In this document: positions 11,301 through 26,300 of the stretch, piece by piece | How the letters are laid out: each line of letters starts with the position of its first letter | Numbering within the stretch: position 1 is the stretch's first letter | NCBI GenBank assembly: GCA_029261035.1 | Contig: JAJDCD010000010.1 | Location: 14,612-78,611 of the forward strand | Length of the DNA: 64,000 nt | Origin: Candidatus Omnitrophota bacterium | GTDB lineage: Bacteria > Omnitrophota > Omnitrophia > Omnitrophales > JACROU01 | Reading direction: 5' to 3' | Translations under genes and position numbers: made by a program | The notes under the pieces: generated by a model | Database searches by the model: none | The model's input: only the letters and a program-made list of their open reading frames with translations | Told to the model about the DNA's origin: nothing

Positions 11301-14300
11301 TCCAAAAGATTTGAGAATGTGGTTACAACATCTCTTTTGGCTTCAAAATATGCTATCTCTTTCGTTTCTGTAAAATAAGCCGTTGGAATCCAAGGAATAT
11401 ATCGAATAACAGCAACAACAAACTTTAAAGCACTGAATGCCAAGAACCCAGCAACAAAGGAGGCAAAAATGGCATAGCCCCAGAAATTAAAAGCGGTCAT
11501 GTTAACCACAGCAGCAAGCATCGGTTCTAGGTGAAACAAAGTATATAAACCACCCATCAAAGGAACAATAACAAGTGGACTGAGCCAAACCAAGAAACTC
11601 TTAACATTTCCAATTTTTATGGATTTTGAAGTTGGTTCTCTTTCAGGGATTTGAGGAAGATCTTCTTCAGCCACATCACCGTGAGGTAAAGACTGACCCA
11701 CACCCAAACTAGCACCTTCCGTCAAATCCTTTTGAGTTTGAGCAACAAGTTCCGGACGTCCCAAACTAGAACCACTCCCTGTCTCAGGACCACCGGCACT
11801 CCCACTAGTTGCAGTCGACCCTGTATCATCTTTTTTCTTTTTCGTACCAAAAATTAGAAGGCTAAATAAAGCCCAAAGAGCTGCAAAAGCACCTAAAATC
11901 ATTCCCAATCCGCTCCAGAAGTTTTCTTTAATCCAACTTCTCCACTCGTCGGCTCGCGTTTCTCCTTGATCTACTGTTGGTAAACGCTTTTTAATTTCTT
12001 CCAATCCTCTTTCAGCGGCTAATTGGTCAATTTTTTCTTTTACCTGTGTTCGAATTGCTCCGTCCAAAGCATCTCTTAAGTACTCTGGAGAATAACCCAT
12101 AATTTCTCTTAAGTTTATTTTCTGATTCAAGTCTACTTGCGCTTCGTCTAGAAGAATCAACAACATTTGGTCATCTAATTTACCCTTTGTTGGTGTCACC
12201 TCTTCCTGAATCCGCTGAGCTCTATCGACTAATAAAATAAAGTTCACCACATCCAAATTACGTTTTTGAATTTGATCTAAAATCTGCCCTGCAGCTCGCT
12301 GCCTAGCAAGTATGATCGTTTCACCATCTTGAACCTGAACAAGCGTAGACATAGTTAAACCTTCTAAACGACTTGTTATAATACGAATATCTCTTTCTCT
12401 ATTCATATCCAAGACAGGAAGCTCAACTGGAGCTGTAATACTTGTTTTCAAAACCAAACCTAATCGACTGAGCAAGAATTCATTCACTTTAGATTTATTA
12501 CTTCCACTCAATGTAATCCCGAGGCCGCCGTTGCTTGTAGACGCTTCCATCACTTCGTTCACATTCTTAAGCAAACTAACCAAAATAGCAATATCCCCTG
12601 TTTGAACTTCTGCCTGCGTTCGAGATTTATCTACTTCAAGACCCGTTTCCAATAATCGATAAACCACATGATCTAAAGCATTGGTTACAACAGGGATTTG
12701 ACCTTGTTGAATCGCTTGATTTAAGAAAATTTTAGCACGCTCTTCCAAAGCCTCTTCTCGAGCTTCGGCTGTTCTACCAGGAACCGGCCCTAAATCTTTT
12801 AGGATTTCTTTTACGTATTCTTTTAAAACAAAGAAACTGCGAAACTGTTCCAAAGTCCAGCCATCATTGTCTTTTTGAGTCACATAAAAAGCAATTTGTC
12901 CCTTTTCTTTCTCTGTTAAATCACTCAATGTTCTAGGAGTCTGGCCATCAGGTACATTTCGATTTACAATTTCAAGGTAGATATTTCCAATTTGAATTCG
13001 ATCAATATAAGAAATATTAATCGCATCTCTAGGGGTAAAACCATTGGTCAATACTTGAGAGTATAAAAACCCTAATACCTTACTACCAATTTCCGCTTCT
13101 GCTTGACCCAGGTCCAACTGCTCACGAATAGTGTCAATCTCTGCTTTTCTCTCAACTGAAGTTCCTGCTGCTGCATATTCTGTATTTAATTCTCCATTTA
13201 AGTTGATCAACTCTGCTCGAATGTTAGCTTCGATTTGAGTTTGAAGCACACGGCTATCTCTTTCATTTTGCTCTTTAATTTTATACTCCGTTAACCGTTC
13301 TAAACGATTTGCTTTTTCTTGATCTCTCAGTTCTTTACTCTCTCTCAATGCTTTTCGGTAATTTTCAGCATTCTGCTCGTGCGCTGCTTCCGCTCTACCC
13401 ATACCCGTTCTGTCTCTTAAAATTCGGGCCTCAATGCGATCCAAAGACCTCTGTAACTGAGCAGAATCAATACTGCCGTCTCGTTCAAACATTTGTCGTG
13501 CTAAAAAGAATTCTAAAGTGCGTCGAATACCGCCCACTTCTTCAATAATCGTTTCTTGTTCTCTACGCACTTGCATATTGTAGTAAGCATGATCTCCACG
13601 CTCTTCAACCAAATTTGAATCTGTCACTTTCTTTGCATACTCAAATAAGTAATGTTGATAGTATTCTGCACGAGTAACAGGGGTATCACTTCCAGGAATA
13701 ACAAAGTACTCTGATTTATCTAGAGCACCCCCAAAAGTATTAAATTCTGTTGTTAATTTTCTATAAATCACACCATAGAGATTTACAGTGTCATTAATAT
13801 CTCTTAAGGTAATATCTCCTTTAAGACGAGATTCAAAATTTCCACTCATCTGAAAATCTTGAACACCTTTTTGCCAATAAAACTCAGACCAACGAGACCA
13901 GTCCCCTTCATAGAAATCATTAATCTGTCCTCCAATTTGAGCAAAATCCAAAAAGTAAACACGGCTACTATTGGCCCGTAAATTTCTGTTGGTTAATTCT
14001 TGAATCTTACGCACCGCATTAAAGTAAACTTGAATTTTCTTTCGAACATAGTCTCTCTTGATATTTAATTCTTGCTGATAGCGTTGATTTTCATCTCCGG
14101 TATCGATTCCAACAGCTCTTTCGATGATATTGGCTCTATGCCTAAAAAAGTCTCTTTCAAAATCAATCACTAAACCGGAGGTAGCACCGTCTGTCAATCT
14201 TGGAATATCCAGTTCTCTGACATTGCCAAAACCCTCAACTTGAAGCAATTGCTGAACCACATCTCCTTCAAGACGTTTTATTTGTGCTTCCATTTCCATA

Positions 14301-17300
14301 TAGAACGCCACTTGATCTCGTGTGAAACGACTACGCTCAATGGCTAACGCTCTCGCATCCGTAAGCGCCGGCGTTGTTTCTGTAGACTCAATCGCTGGCA
14401 ACCCTTGAAACGCCCTATTTTTATTGATCTCTTCTAAAATAGATTGTTTTAATGCAGCAACGGCTGTAGGGTTATTGTCATAACGCTTCATATATTCATC
14501 TGCTAAATCTCTAATACGGTCACTGTTGACCATACGATATCTCAAGAACCCAAGCTTACCATCATCTAAACGCTCTCCACGATACAAAGACATATGAAGC
14601 ACTTGAAAATAACCATCTAAAGCTAACCGTTCCATAAAGTCCGTAAAAGCAACCTCCCCGCGATCATACTGAGCAAGTCGACGAGCTCTTTCTTCAGGAG
14701 AAATATTCAAACCGTCCAACTGATTTACGTAAAGCGTTCTTCGTTCTTGTTTTGCCGTTTCTGATAAATCCATCCCCATCATAAACCGTTGACCAAAGTA
14801 AGTAGCTCGACTGTCATCCATTGGATTTTGAGTTTCTCTCAATATACCAATCATAATACGTTCTTTTTGTATCGCTTCATTCAAAGCAAATAAATGGGAT
14901 CTAAACTCTAAACTACGTCCTTCGGATTCAATCGTTTCTAAGATAATGTTACGCATTGTCTCTACGGATCGCAAACGAGCTTCTCTATCCGTTATTTCTG
15001 CACCCATTCGTCTAGTCACTGCTTGATTCATATTATCGATACGCCCCAAGAAACGTTCTAAGGTTACTAATTTTAAACGTCGTCCAATTTGACCTTGACC
15101 AAAAATAACACTCGTAAGCGCTTGTTTTACCTGAGCTCCCAATTGAACAAACTCCGTTGCTTGAAGGCGCAGCGCTGCTAATTGCTGAGTCTCCACATCC
15201 GTACGAGCAGCCCCTTTACGATCTAAGCGAACAATTTCTCTAATAAAAGCTGTTCTTACTGCTTTAACTTCATCGGAATCCAAAAATGCTGTAATTGCAG
15301 CTTTGGTTGCGGTCTCTTTTTGAGTTGCATTCAAACGATCATTATGATCAATCACAGCAAGACTTCTAAGTAAATGATCTTTCTTTAAATTTAATAGACG
15401 AATAGGCTGTCTCATAGCTCTATCGGAAGTAAATTGAATCTCTAGAGGTTGAGATAATCGTATTGCTGCTTGTATGGGTTGAAATGCTTTATCTTGCCCT
15501 TCGAAATCTAAGTTTCTAAAACCCATCAACGTTTCATGGAAACGGCTTTCGGTAATTCCAAAACTACGCTGTAAACGATCATACTGCTCAATATGAGATT
15601 CTTTTAATTGTGCAATATTTCTAAATGTGGTTCTGATATTACGAGGCAAATCTACTTCCACCATCTGAGTTAAACGGTTCTCAGCATCCGTAATTTCTGC
15701 TGTCAAACGTGCAATCACAGCTTGGTCTGTATTTGGCTTATCATTTTCAGCTTTCATTTCACGTTTTTTCACTTCAACCAATAAAGCCTGATCGCGAATC
15801 GTTCTCAAGAAATCACGAATCCAAGATGCTGCTTCTCCTTGCGCCACATCCAGAAAACGCCATTCTTCCACTGCAATACGAGAAACAAGGTGACGTGTCC
15901 TCATTAACCGATTCACTTCTTCTTTAGCCGCATTGTAATCTGAAAAACTAATACCATCTTTAGTATATAACTGAGAAACTTTACCCAAAATGTCTCTCAT
16001 ACGATAATCTCGAGCAAATGTTGTTGCATGTCCTTCAAAGTATCTGTTTAAAACATCTTGTGGTAATTGCAACCCTAACTGCGTTAATGTTTGATTAATG
16101 ATCACTCGTTTCGCATCTCGATCTCGATCTAATTCACGACGGAAATCTTGAGTATCCGTATCCACTTTTACATATTGATTCATTAAATCATTATCTGTGA
16201 TATAAAGTGCCATTCGGATATAATTTTCTAAGTCGCTCAATTGAACTTTTCCATCACTTACTTCTTTCATCATACCAAAAGCAAGAGAATCAACAATAGA
16301 GCTTCGGTATTCCAAATTAAATGCGCGACGATAATCATCCATAACCGTATCCACATTAATCATACCTTCAGCCCCCAACTGTCTTAAATCCCTTTCTAAC
16401 GAAAGTCTCTTTACAGGGCCTGCAAAATTATTCCACTCATTGTCTCGAGCAGCAATAAGAGCAGTAGCAACCGCAGCACCTTCAGCATCAAAAGCTCGAT
16501 TAATACTTTGTTTCACTTGGAAAAACCGCGTAACTGCCGCGCCAAGTTTAGAAACATCTGTCGTTAATTTACCATCGTCCTGAGCTTGAAGGAAAGCTCG
16601 GGTGAGACTTGAGATGGCACTTTCATAAAAAATCTTTCCGTATTCTGTAGAAAGTTTTGTATTTAAAGCTGAACTCATCTGAGTTAAATCCCTTAACCAT
16701 GCATTTCTTTGCGCAAGTGTAATCGAACCTTCCCGATGGAGTTGAATCAAACGTCTTTGTTTAAATAAATTAAGTTCATTGTTAAAACGAGCTTGATTGT
16801 CCAGAATATAACGATCCATTGGAATGTTAGCTTTAAAATGCCTTAAGATAGCCATTCTCATTTGAAGATGTCGTCTAAAATCAGTTCTCAACTGTTCCGG
16901 ATCAGAACTACGAACACTCGACTCTAAGAAATCTTCAGAAATACTTACGATACGACCCCAGACATCTTCTTCTTGCAACGGACGATACACTTCTGTTCTA
17001 CCATCCACAACACGAGTGGCTCTCGTTAACGTTCCTCCTTGAGGAATAACCCCTAATAATATAAAGTACTGCTCTAATTCTCCTTTTACATTACCGGTGT
17101 AACTATCATCAATAAGAAAACGGATTTGCTCTGCTCTGTGTCTGGATTTGACTAACCCAGCAACAATACGGTCAAAAGTGTATGAGGTTAAGAATCCACT
17201 ATGATTCGGATTTCCAATATAATCAAAAGTGAATGTAGCATCATTAGGGTCTGCTAGATTACGTAAACGGAATAACCTTTCAGCATCTGCTTTATTGTTT

Positions 17301-20300
17301 CCCAAAGCTCTAAGAATATGATTTTGCACATTTTTATCTGTAATATTGTTTCGTTTCATAAACTCGTGCCAGTTAATCAATATTCCTAAATCAGAAGGGT
17401 TCAACACATCTAATGGATCAGCAGCAGTTCGTCCCAAAAGGTTCTGAACCTCTACTTTAATATCCATTACAGCCCTAAACCGAGCTTGTAATGAAGATGC
17501 AATTTTATCTCCAAAACTATTCGTCGATCTAAAATTCGTTGTCCTAAAAGTTTCTATTTCTCGATTGACAGCTGCCAGCTGAGTATCATACGTCGTTCTA
17601 TCAATGGCTTTAGTACGATAGTTCGCTTCAATGGTTACTTTTCGATCTTGCAATACTTTCAACCGGGTACTTAAAGTATTAAATTGATCTACCATTTCTT
17701 CATTTTCAATTGCATACAATACCCAATAACTCAACGAACCATAACGTAAACCATTTTTAATACTTGCTGACAATGTTCTGATTCTCTGATTAACATCTCC
17801 CAACTCAACTCTAAGACGATCTCTTTCGGTTGCATCGGAATCACTGGCTAAAGCTGCAATCTGAGCTTCAAGCATCTTTTTCATCTCAACATAGGTTTGC
17901 AGCTCAACAGAACCTGAATACTCTACTAAGTCTTGAGTGCTAATTCGGAAATCATTGTAAAATCGATTAAACTCAAATTGAGGATCTAACACTCGATTCA
18001 TGGTATGGATTAAATTAGAAAATGCAGCAAAGTCATTCGTTTGACCCGCTGTTACAGTCAAATTCGTATTTCTTCTTAAAAATAACCAAGCTGTTAAATT
18101 ACCTCTACTCTGGTTATCTCCAATCATTTGCATCGCATTTTCACTACTCACACGAGTCAAAACACTAATATCATCTCTAATCAAATAACGTTCTCTTTGT
18201 AGTTCATCTGGACTTAAAGAGGCATATGACAATGAAGAGAAAGAGCTATTCAATCGAGGTATCCATGTATTTAAGAAGTATCGATATGTTCTCATTCGTT
18301 CCGTTCTTTCTGTTTCATCTGCAGGGTCTTGAGATGGAACTCCCGCAAAGAGATGGCGAATGTAAGGACGATCTGTTGTTATATTTGCGCGGACGGATGT
18401 TAAGATTTCTTCTAAGATTCTTGTTTTTTCTGCTTGGTCTGTAATTCCCTGGCGAATCACTCTGTCGTGATAGGCACGATAAGCTTGGTTACCAAAGTAA
18501 TCCAAAAGACCTAATTTTCTAAAATCCACTTTTTTATCATTAGCCGTATTCACTGCCTTTTCACTCAAACGGTTTCTTTGAGCATACTGACTCAAACTAG
18601 CCCAATCTCTTTCCCAAGAAAATCCCCAAGATCCACGACCTGAAACAGCTTGGTCTTGTACAATTTCATTCACTTGTGGAGCCAAAGCAATCATCATCTG
18701 AAGCTTCACATCCGTTTGCTCTCCTCTAGGAATATTATGTCTCATAGAGTAGGTATCTAACATCACAACCCAATCTTGCAAATTAAAAACATCGCTGGAA
18801 TTAAAAGCAGTAATTCCAAATGCAGCTCTGTTTAATTCTGCTGCACGTGTTTCTAACATCGTTTTATGAGAAGTAAGTGTTTGCAAACTTGGAGTTAGCT
18901 CAAAGTGAACCGCTTGATATTCTGACTTTGGCTGTCTTCTTGCCAAAGGCCCTGCGGCCTGTGTATTCAACGCAGTTTCTTGCTCGGTAGAAATTACTGC
19001 AGGTCGAGCTGAACGCAATAGCTGATTAACCCTCTCAACAGCATCTTCTTTTTCCTTTTGCCACTCTGCTTGTTTATTTGGTTCCTTTGGCTGAAGTTCT
19101 TTTGTTAATTCTAATTTTAAACGCTCTAAAGATGCCAATACAGGATCCGACAACCTCAAAGAAGCTAACTCTGCTACAGGAATATTTAATTCCCTTAATT
19201 GATCTTCTGTCATTTGAGCTTCTTTAATCAGATCTATAAGAACAAGACCTTCGATTAAACGAGATCTCTCAGAGTCCACAAAACCTAAATGTTGTAATAC
19301 GCTTTTTAGCTGCCCCAACAAGTCCATCATTCTTTGAGCGCGTCTCAATTTAGTATTAATTGTTTCATACTGAGACTGAACTTCTCTTAATTGTTCTCGG
19401 TTGGTACTTTGTTCGACTTGTAATGCTCGTTGCCTTGTTTGTTTTACCCTTTTCTCTTGTAAGGCTGCTTGTAACGCTGCTCTGTTTCGTTCCAGCTCAG
19501 CGCGCACTTCTTCAACTTCTCTAGGCGCCCCTGCTGGCAACGTCAAAACCTGAACTCCAGGTCTTCCTGGAGCTGGTAATTGTGACGTTCTTGCAGGCTG
19601 TGATGTTGGTTGAGTTGTTGGTCTAGATGCTGGACGACTTGCAGGTGCAGCAGGTCGAGTAATAGACGAAAACCAACGTGTTATATCGTCATTTTCATAA
19701 CCCCAATGTTTCAAATGAAGAATGAGTCGTTGTTTCGAAGCAGCGTAGTCAATCAAGGCATTTCCTCGACGAGTACGTGCATTCAACCACTCTTCTCTTC
19801 TTTGGTTAACCGGAGTAAAGGACTCTCCGCTAATAAAACGCTGCCTTGCACTTTGATAAGCTGTTTGAGTTCTTGATACATCAAATACCGCATTTGCTGC
19901 TGTTCTAAAAGTTCTATTGTAATCCAGTAACAGTTCTTCCATTTTATAAACAACTTCAATCATTCTTGCTTTCTGAGTTTCGCTCAATCGAGATGCTTGG
20001 ATACGCGCAATAATCACACGAGCATCGTCTTGTCCACCCGCATAAATATTCTGTCTTATTTCAGCAAAAGCATTTGGAAGATAACTGACAAGAAGCCCCA
20101 CTCTTACTTCAGGTAAAATCCTTTCCCATTCCGCTTGATCTAATTGAAGCTGACCAATTTCCGCTGTTTTCTGCATTACTTCAAGAAGAGGGTCGTTGAG
20201 TTGAACGCCTAAATTCCCCTGATTAACAACATAAACATGACTGCGATCCATACGCGCCATATAACCTCGGTCCGTAGTTGTCTGATCATATCGAGATTGA

Positions 20301-23300
20301 GCTTGGATATCATCATAATCCGGATGTTCTGTTTCTGTTGGCATAACAACTCTTCCACCGGTATGCCCCAGAACAATAAGAAAACGTGCTTTTGCCGCTT
20401 CTAAGTTTCTTCTTGCCCGATCTCGAGCCAATTCTTTGATACGCAATACGGTTAAGGTCCCGCTCGATCCTCTTTGAGCTTCTGTGTGTCCTTGCGCATC
20501 CTTAATTCCGCCACGGCGATTGGCTAACTCATTATCACTTCTAATTTCATCATAGGCCAACTTAGCGTCTTGATAAGTTAAATTAGCACGACGTAATTCT
20601 TGATACGCTTGAGCAATTCGAAGTTGAAGATTAAACCCTGCTCTTCTAATCTGAGGGCCTCTAGCAATATCGGCTCTAATTTTTGCAATGTCTGCATCAT
20701 TTCTCATTAACGATCTTAAAAATTCATAGGATAACTCTAACCCAACATCGCCTTGCAACGGATCTCTTCCATCTCCAAATCTCTGAGAACGATCAAATAA
20801 AGATAAAATATTTTCTTGAGATGTTTTTTGAACAAAGCTACCGTCATTGGTTAAATTCTGGAACTCTAAAGGCATAAAGTCATTATTAAAAAACTGCCAA
20901 CCTGCAATCAGTCGTGCTCTAAAGCCTCTCCAACCATAATTGCCACTTTCGATACCCGAGATACTCTCTGCAGCATTCGCTCGAATCAATGCTTCTTGAA
21001 AACGTGCATCTTCTAAACCACCTGCTTGCTGAGGGTCTACTGCCTGCCTCATTACACCCGCAACATAAGCTTCTGTAATATTAATTGTAGGACCATAATA
21101 AAGAATCTTTTCCGCCATAAAATCTGCGATTATACCCGCATTTGCTTCTGGTAAATTAAATTCTGATTGAAGGATTGATTTAAACTCATTACGAGTTTTA
21201 CTGAGCAATTCGGACCTATTACTAATATTTGCAATTAACCGTTGGTAACGGTTTCCGATCAAAACAGGCTGAACCACTGTTCCAATCACATTTCTCCGAA
21301 CATCCACATTTTGAGATAAGTAGTTCATAAGAATCAGTTTAATTTGAGGGTAATCATTTTGACGATTTAGCTCAGGAAGATAGTAGTCCACCAGATGAAC
21401 AGGATTCGTTCTTCCTGGCATTTTAAGCTGCACACCTTCTGTTTCCTCCAACTGCATTTCTCGTTGGTTAATCAATGATGCTAAATAAAGGTTATTAACC
21501 GCCGTACCAAAAACTTCTTTAATCTTTACATCCAATTCTCTCATTCGTTGATCCAACATGGTCGTTCCTGCTGTCAAAGAAGCTAAATCTTGAATTGTTT
21601 TTTGAAGGTCTGATCGAGAAGCAACCAAAGTAGCACCCGCAGAATCAACCTGGTCCTTTGCATTATCTACTCTGACACGCGCAAGCATTCTCTGACTATG
21701 AAGCCCTCGAAGATGCTCTTTTAACTGAAGCTCTGCTGTTTGAAGCGCGAGGCGCGTTCTAGCACGAGCAATTGCAACTTTACCATTCGTATCTAAATAA
21801 GGAGTCAGGTCAAATCCTGCAAAAAGGCCCACAGAAGTTCCTAAAATAAACCCATCAATTCCAATACGCTGTCCTGCAAGTTGATCGAGCACTCGAACCG
21901 TATTCACATGAGCCACACGGTAGCGAGTTTCTGCATTAGGAGTTAAAAATGGACGCAACGACTGCCACTCACGATCAGCCTGAGCAGGTGTCATCCCTTC
22001 CACAGAAGCTAATGAAGAGTAAGAAATACTTAATTGATCTCGAGGCCCTAAACCAAGAGAGGACTTATAATTCTGTTTCGCACCTTGACGCTGAGCACGT
22101 GCAAGCTGCAACCGATCTCTAGATTGAGCAATCCCTAAATTAGCTTCAGCAATACGAGAAATCGTAGAAGACAATGCCCCTCTCATAAGAGACTCTAACT
22201 GCGCTTTAATATCATTATGTTTTTGCGCATTAATTCCTTGAGCTTGAAGAGTGGCTGTATAACGTGATTTGACAAGCCTAACCGCTTCATCCAAACTTGT
22301 AAATTCAATTTGACCTAAAAGGTCTCTTAAACCATTGACTAAGTTGGTTTCTATTTCATCTGAAGGAACACCTAAACTAACACGATTATTTTGAAGGTAC
22401 GTTCTAAACTGAACTAACATATCAGAACGTAACTGTGTTGAAAGAGTCGAAATAATTTGAGTTCTCTGATTAACCACATTTGTATAACGTGTGACTAAAT
22501 CATTTGTTCCTCTTAATTCTAAATGAGCTCGGTTTGCAGACAAAGTTAATCGGTTACGAATCGCATCTCTCTCTGCTTGTAATTCTTTATATCGAGCAAT
22601 CAAGAGTTTGACATTCCCCATATAAGAACGTCCCTCTTCGGTATCCAGCGCTTTCAAGGTAATACCTGCTCCACCCACAAGAACACGTCGTCTTTGGCCT
22701 GCAGCTACATTCCCATCATAATCTTGCCCCACAGCTCCTTCAACACCTGGAGCAGTTACAGAGCGTAAACGTGCATCTCCCCAATCCAAAGTCACAACAT
22801 CCCAGATCCAATCACCCAAACTATAATGAACTTCCTCCACATTTTCTAATTGTGCAATCAAAGGTTCACTGAGCATATCCTTATCTCGACGGATACGTTC
22901 AATTTCTTGGTTGATGCCAATAATATACTCTGCTTCCAAAGAGCTTTGTTGCCAATAAGAGTCATCAACAAAATCTCTCAACTTTTCTTTTTCATCTGAG
23001 GTCATTGGTAACGCATTAATAATTGTATTCACACGAGCTTTATATAAATCAACCGCATCAGACATAACTGTGTTACGGAAATTAATGATACTTCCGCGTT
23101 CTCTGGTTTTTTCATTCACATAACTTTCAATAGCATCTTTCTGAGCATCAGATAAACCACTAACACCATTAACTCTAGCTCTTACAAGAGCAACCAGTTC
23201 GGTTCTAAAAACTTCTTTTGTTTTTGTATCCTCATCAAACCCGCTAATCGCAGAACGAACCGCTGTCATAATTTCTGTTCTCTTCGCTTCATTAATTGGA

Positions 23301-26300
23301 GTATATTGGCTTAGATGGTAATTAACCGAATCGATAAAATGTTTTACATCGTCATCATCCACACCATCCTCAAAATCAAGTATATCTCCTACTTCCGCAA
23401 CACTCACCTCTTCCGCTGCAGTAGCAAATTGAGCCATCACTGCATCAATTCTTAAATTACCCATCATATACGTTCTAAAATTAGGACCCGGAGTAGCAAT
23501 AACACCGGATTGAGACAAAAACGTAGGGAAATAAATTTCCAATTCTGCCGTTGCTTGGTTTAATTTAATATTCCTTTGAGCCAAACCTTGCAGATAAGCT
23601 TTAAACCCTCTTTTAACTGTTTCTACTTGTCTATCATTCAACATCACGGCTAAAACAACACCTTCTCTTGTTGTTACACTTCTCATAAGGCTCGCTCTAT
23701 TTTCATCGACCCACTTTGAGAAAGTATCATTCACTGGACCCACATGAGATTGATTAAATGTGATCCGTGTTGCTGGAGGTAAAAATCGCCCAATCTCTGT
23801 TCTTAAATGAGAAGCTTCTTTAGCAGAATAAGCACGTCTAATTCTCCAATCAAAAGCCTTTACATGCAGATTGACTTGATTCTCTTTTGTTTCTTGGGTA
23901 AAAACACGGCGCCCTTCTGAGTCAATTGAATATTGTCTTTCCGTTACTCTTTCTGTAATTTCATAGTCCTTATCTGTTAATGCTTCTTTAAGGGTGTTTA
24001 ATTTATTTTGAATTTGTTCTCGGATTTCATCTAGCTCATCTTCTAACGGTCCATCTCCAATCACATCTTCATGGTCATCCAACGCATCATTTAACCCTTC
24101 TAAATATTGTTTTGCTGTATGACCTGCTTGACGAGAGTAACCTGCTATTTGTGCTAATCTTGTAATACGTTGATGGTTTCTAACTAAACGATCCCGGGCT
24201 GCTTCTTCAAATTTATTGACAATACTTTCAGAAAAATTACTACGGCTAATTTTATCGCCATCACTGTCAAAAACAGGTTCCCGACGAATAATACGAAGTA
24301 GATCTTCTTGAATATTTCCATGCAAAGTACGGTTAATACCTAAATGCGTCAGTACTCGAGATAATTGAGCTCTTAAAGTTGCTTCATCCAAATCAGTGCT
24401 GTACATAATATCCAGTTGGTTACGACCTCGAAGCAAAGCTTTCTTTTGATTGAAAAACGTTTGTTCTCTTTCGACCAAAGTTTCTAATCGATCTGAAGTC
24501 AAAGCCCCAGCCTGAGACAATTGTTGTTGAAGCTGTGTTTTTAAGGCCAACATTTGAAGATCATTTGCTTTCATTTCAGGATGTTCTTCAATTCGATCTC
24601 GAAGGTCTGATGCCAAACCACGAGACGTCATATTCACCGAAGGAATACGGTTCATTCGTTCAATAAAGTTCTGCAAACGAACAATCTGATCTTCAACCAC
24701 TGTATCCCCACCTTCGGTCTGAACTTTACGAGTTACTTGCGTCACGTAGCGGAAAAGAATGGCTGATTGATCTCGAAGTGTTTTTTCGGTTTGATTTTCT
24801 TGTCTCAATGCTTCTTGATATTCTCTAAAAGCGGTCTGCAATTGATCATAAGAAACAATCCCTGCAGGATCTTGATAACGAGCCGTTCTCTGGTCTAATA
24901 ATTCTTTAGCTCTTGCTTTCGTATTTCGAATACGGAGCAATGCTTGCATGGCTTGTTGCACTCTTAACTGGGTCGCTGCAAATTCGGATTGCTGAGCATT
25001 TAAGTTTCGAATTAACTGAGAATTTTGATGAGCCATTTGTGCCGCAAAGGTAATTTCATTAATTGGGTTATCTCCAAATAGACCTGCTATTTGATTCCAA
25101 CCTTCTTCAAAGCTAACAAAAGGTGAAAGGGATACACCTGACAAACCTGCTTGAATACGAAGACGCGCTAATAAACGCAACCGTGTAGAAGCACGTTGAT
25201 AATCCTGATTTAAATGTTGAAGTTCCGTTGTTTGCCATTGAACTAATTGATCTAAAGTAACTCCATCCGCATCTAATTCAAAACGATACTGTCTTAACAT
25301 TTCAGTTAAAAACTCTCTAGCTTTTGCCACAGGCAAACCAGAATTCGTTAACAATACCACAGGGCTCATATTTAAAATTGGACCACCTGTTCTTGTAATA
25401 GCCCCTGCCCTAAATTCATTGGCTAACCGAATTTCTTGACTTGGAAGAACTCCCATCATTTCCTTGATTTGAGATCGAACTTCCACAAGTTGATAGTTAT
25501 GCACCAAGTTTCTTTGATTCACAAGTCGGCGTAAATCAGACTCTGATCGAGCCAAAACTTCTGCACTTTCAACATTGCGACGAACACGATCTCTCTGAGT
25601 TTCAACCTGCTCTTCTTTTTCTCTAATTAATTCTGTTAACTGATCATATCTACTCTTATATTGTGTGTATTGAGAAACTAAACGAAGAACCGTAATAGCT
25701 GTATCTAGAGCATCAATCGCTCCATACGTTTGTTCTAGCTCTATACGTGTTCTCGTAATTTTTTCCACAACTTCTTGTCTTGGATCCCAGAAGTAATAAG
25801 TGACGTCCATTCCAACACCCACACCTCGCCTTAAGTCTGCACCCAAAAATAAATCAACACGAGGGAGGCCTGTAGCTGCATCAATAATACCTCTCTGTCT
25901 TTGGATTTCGACAGCAGCTCTTCTAACCTGATTTCTCCAACGAGTTCCCTTAAGAATGTCTTCTGCTTTTAAATTATTAAAGTCAATCCCACTATGTTCG
26001 ATTAATCGCCCTTGATGTGTAAAGTTAGCAGGAACAGAGTTAATACCACCAAAAACCATACGAGCAATATTTTCGCTACGTCCTACAGCAACGGTCGCTG
26101 GACGACTGCTTGGAGTAGGAGCAGGATCTTCTGGGCTCACCCGCCCTTCCCCTGCAGCAAGGAGTATATTTCTAACACCTCTTGGCAAGGTCGCTGGTAA
26201 GGTTGTTGCACCCCAAGTACGACGATCTCCTAAGCTCACTCTTCTACTAGTTCTTCTAGGAGTAGGTTGTTGAGCTTCTTCTCCCGTGCCAAAAACTTCT

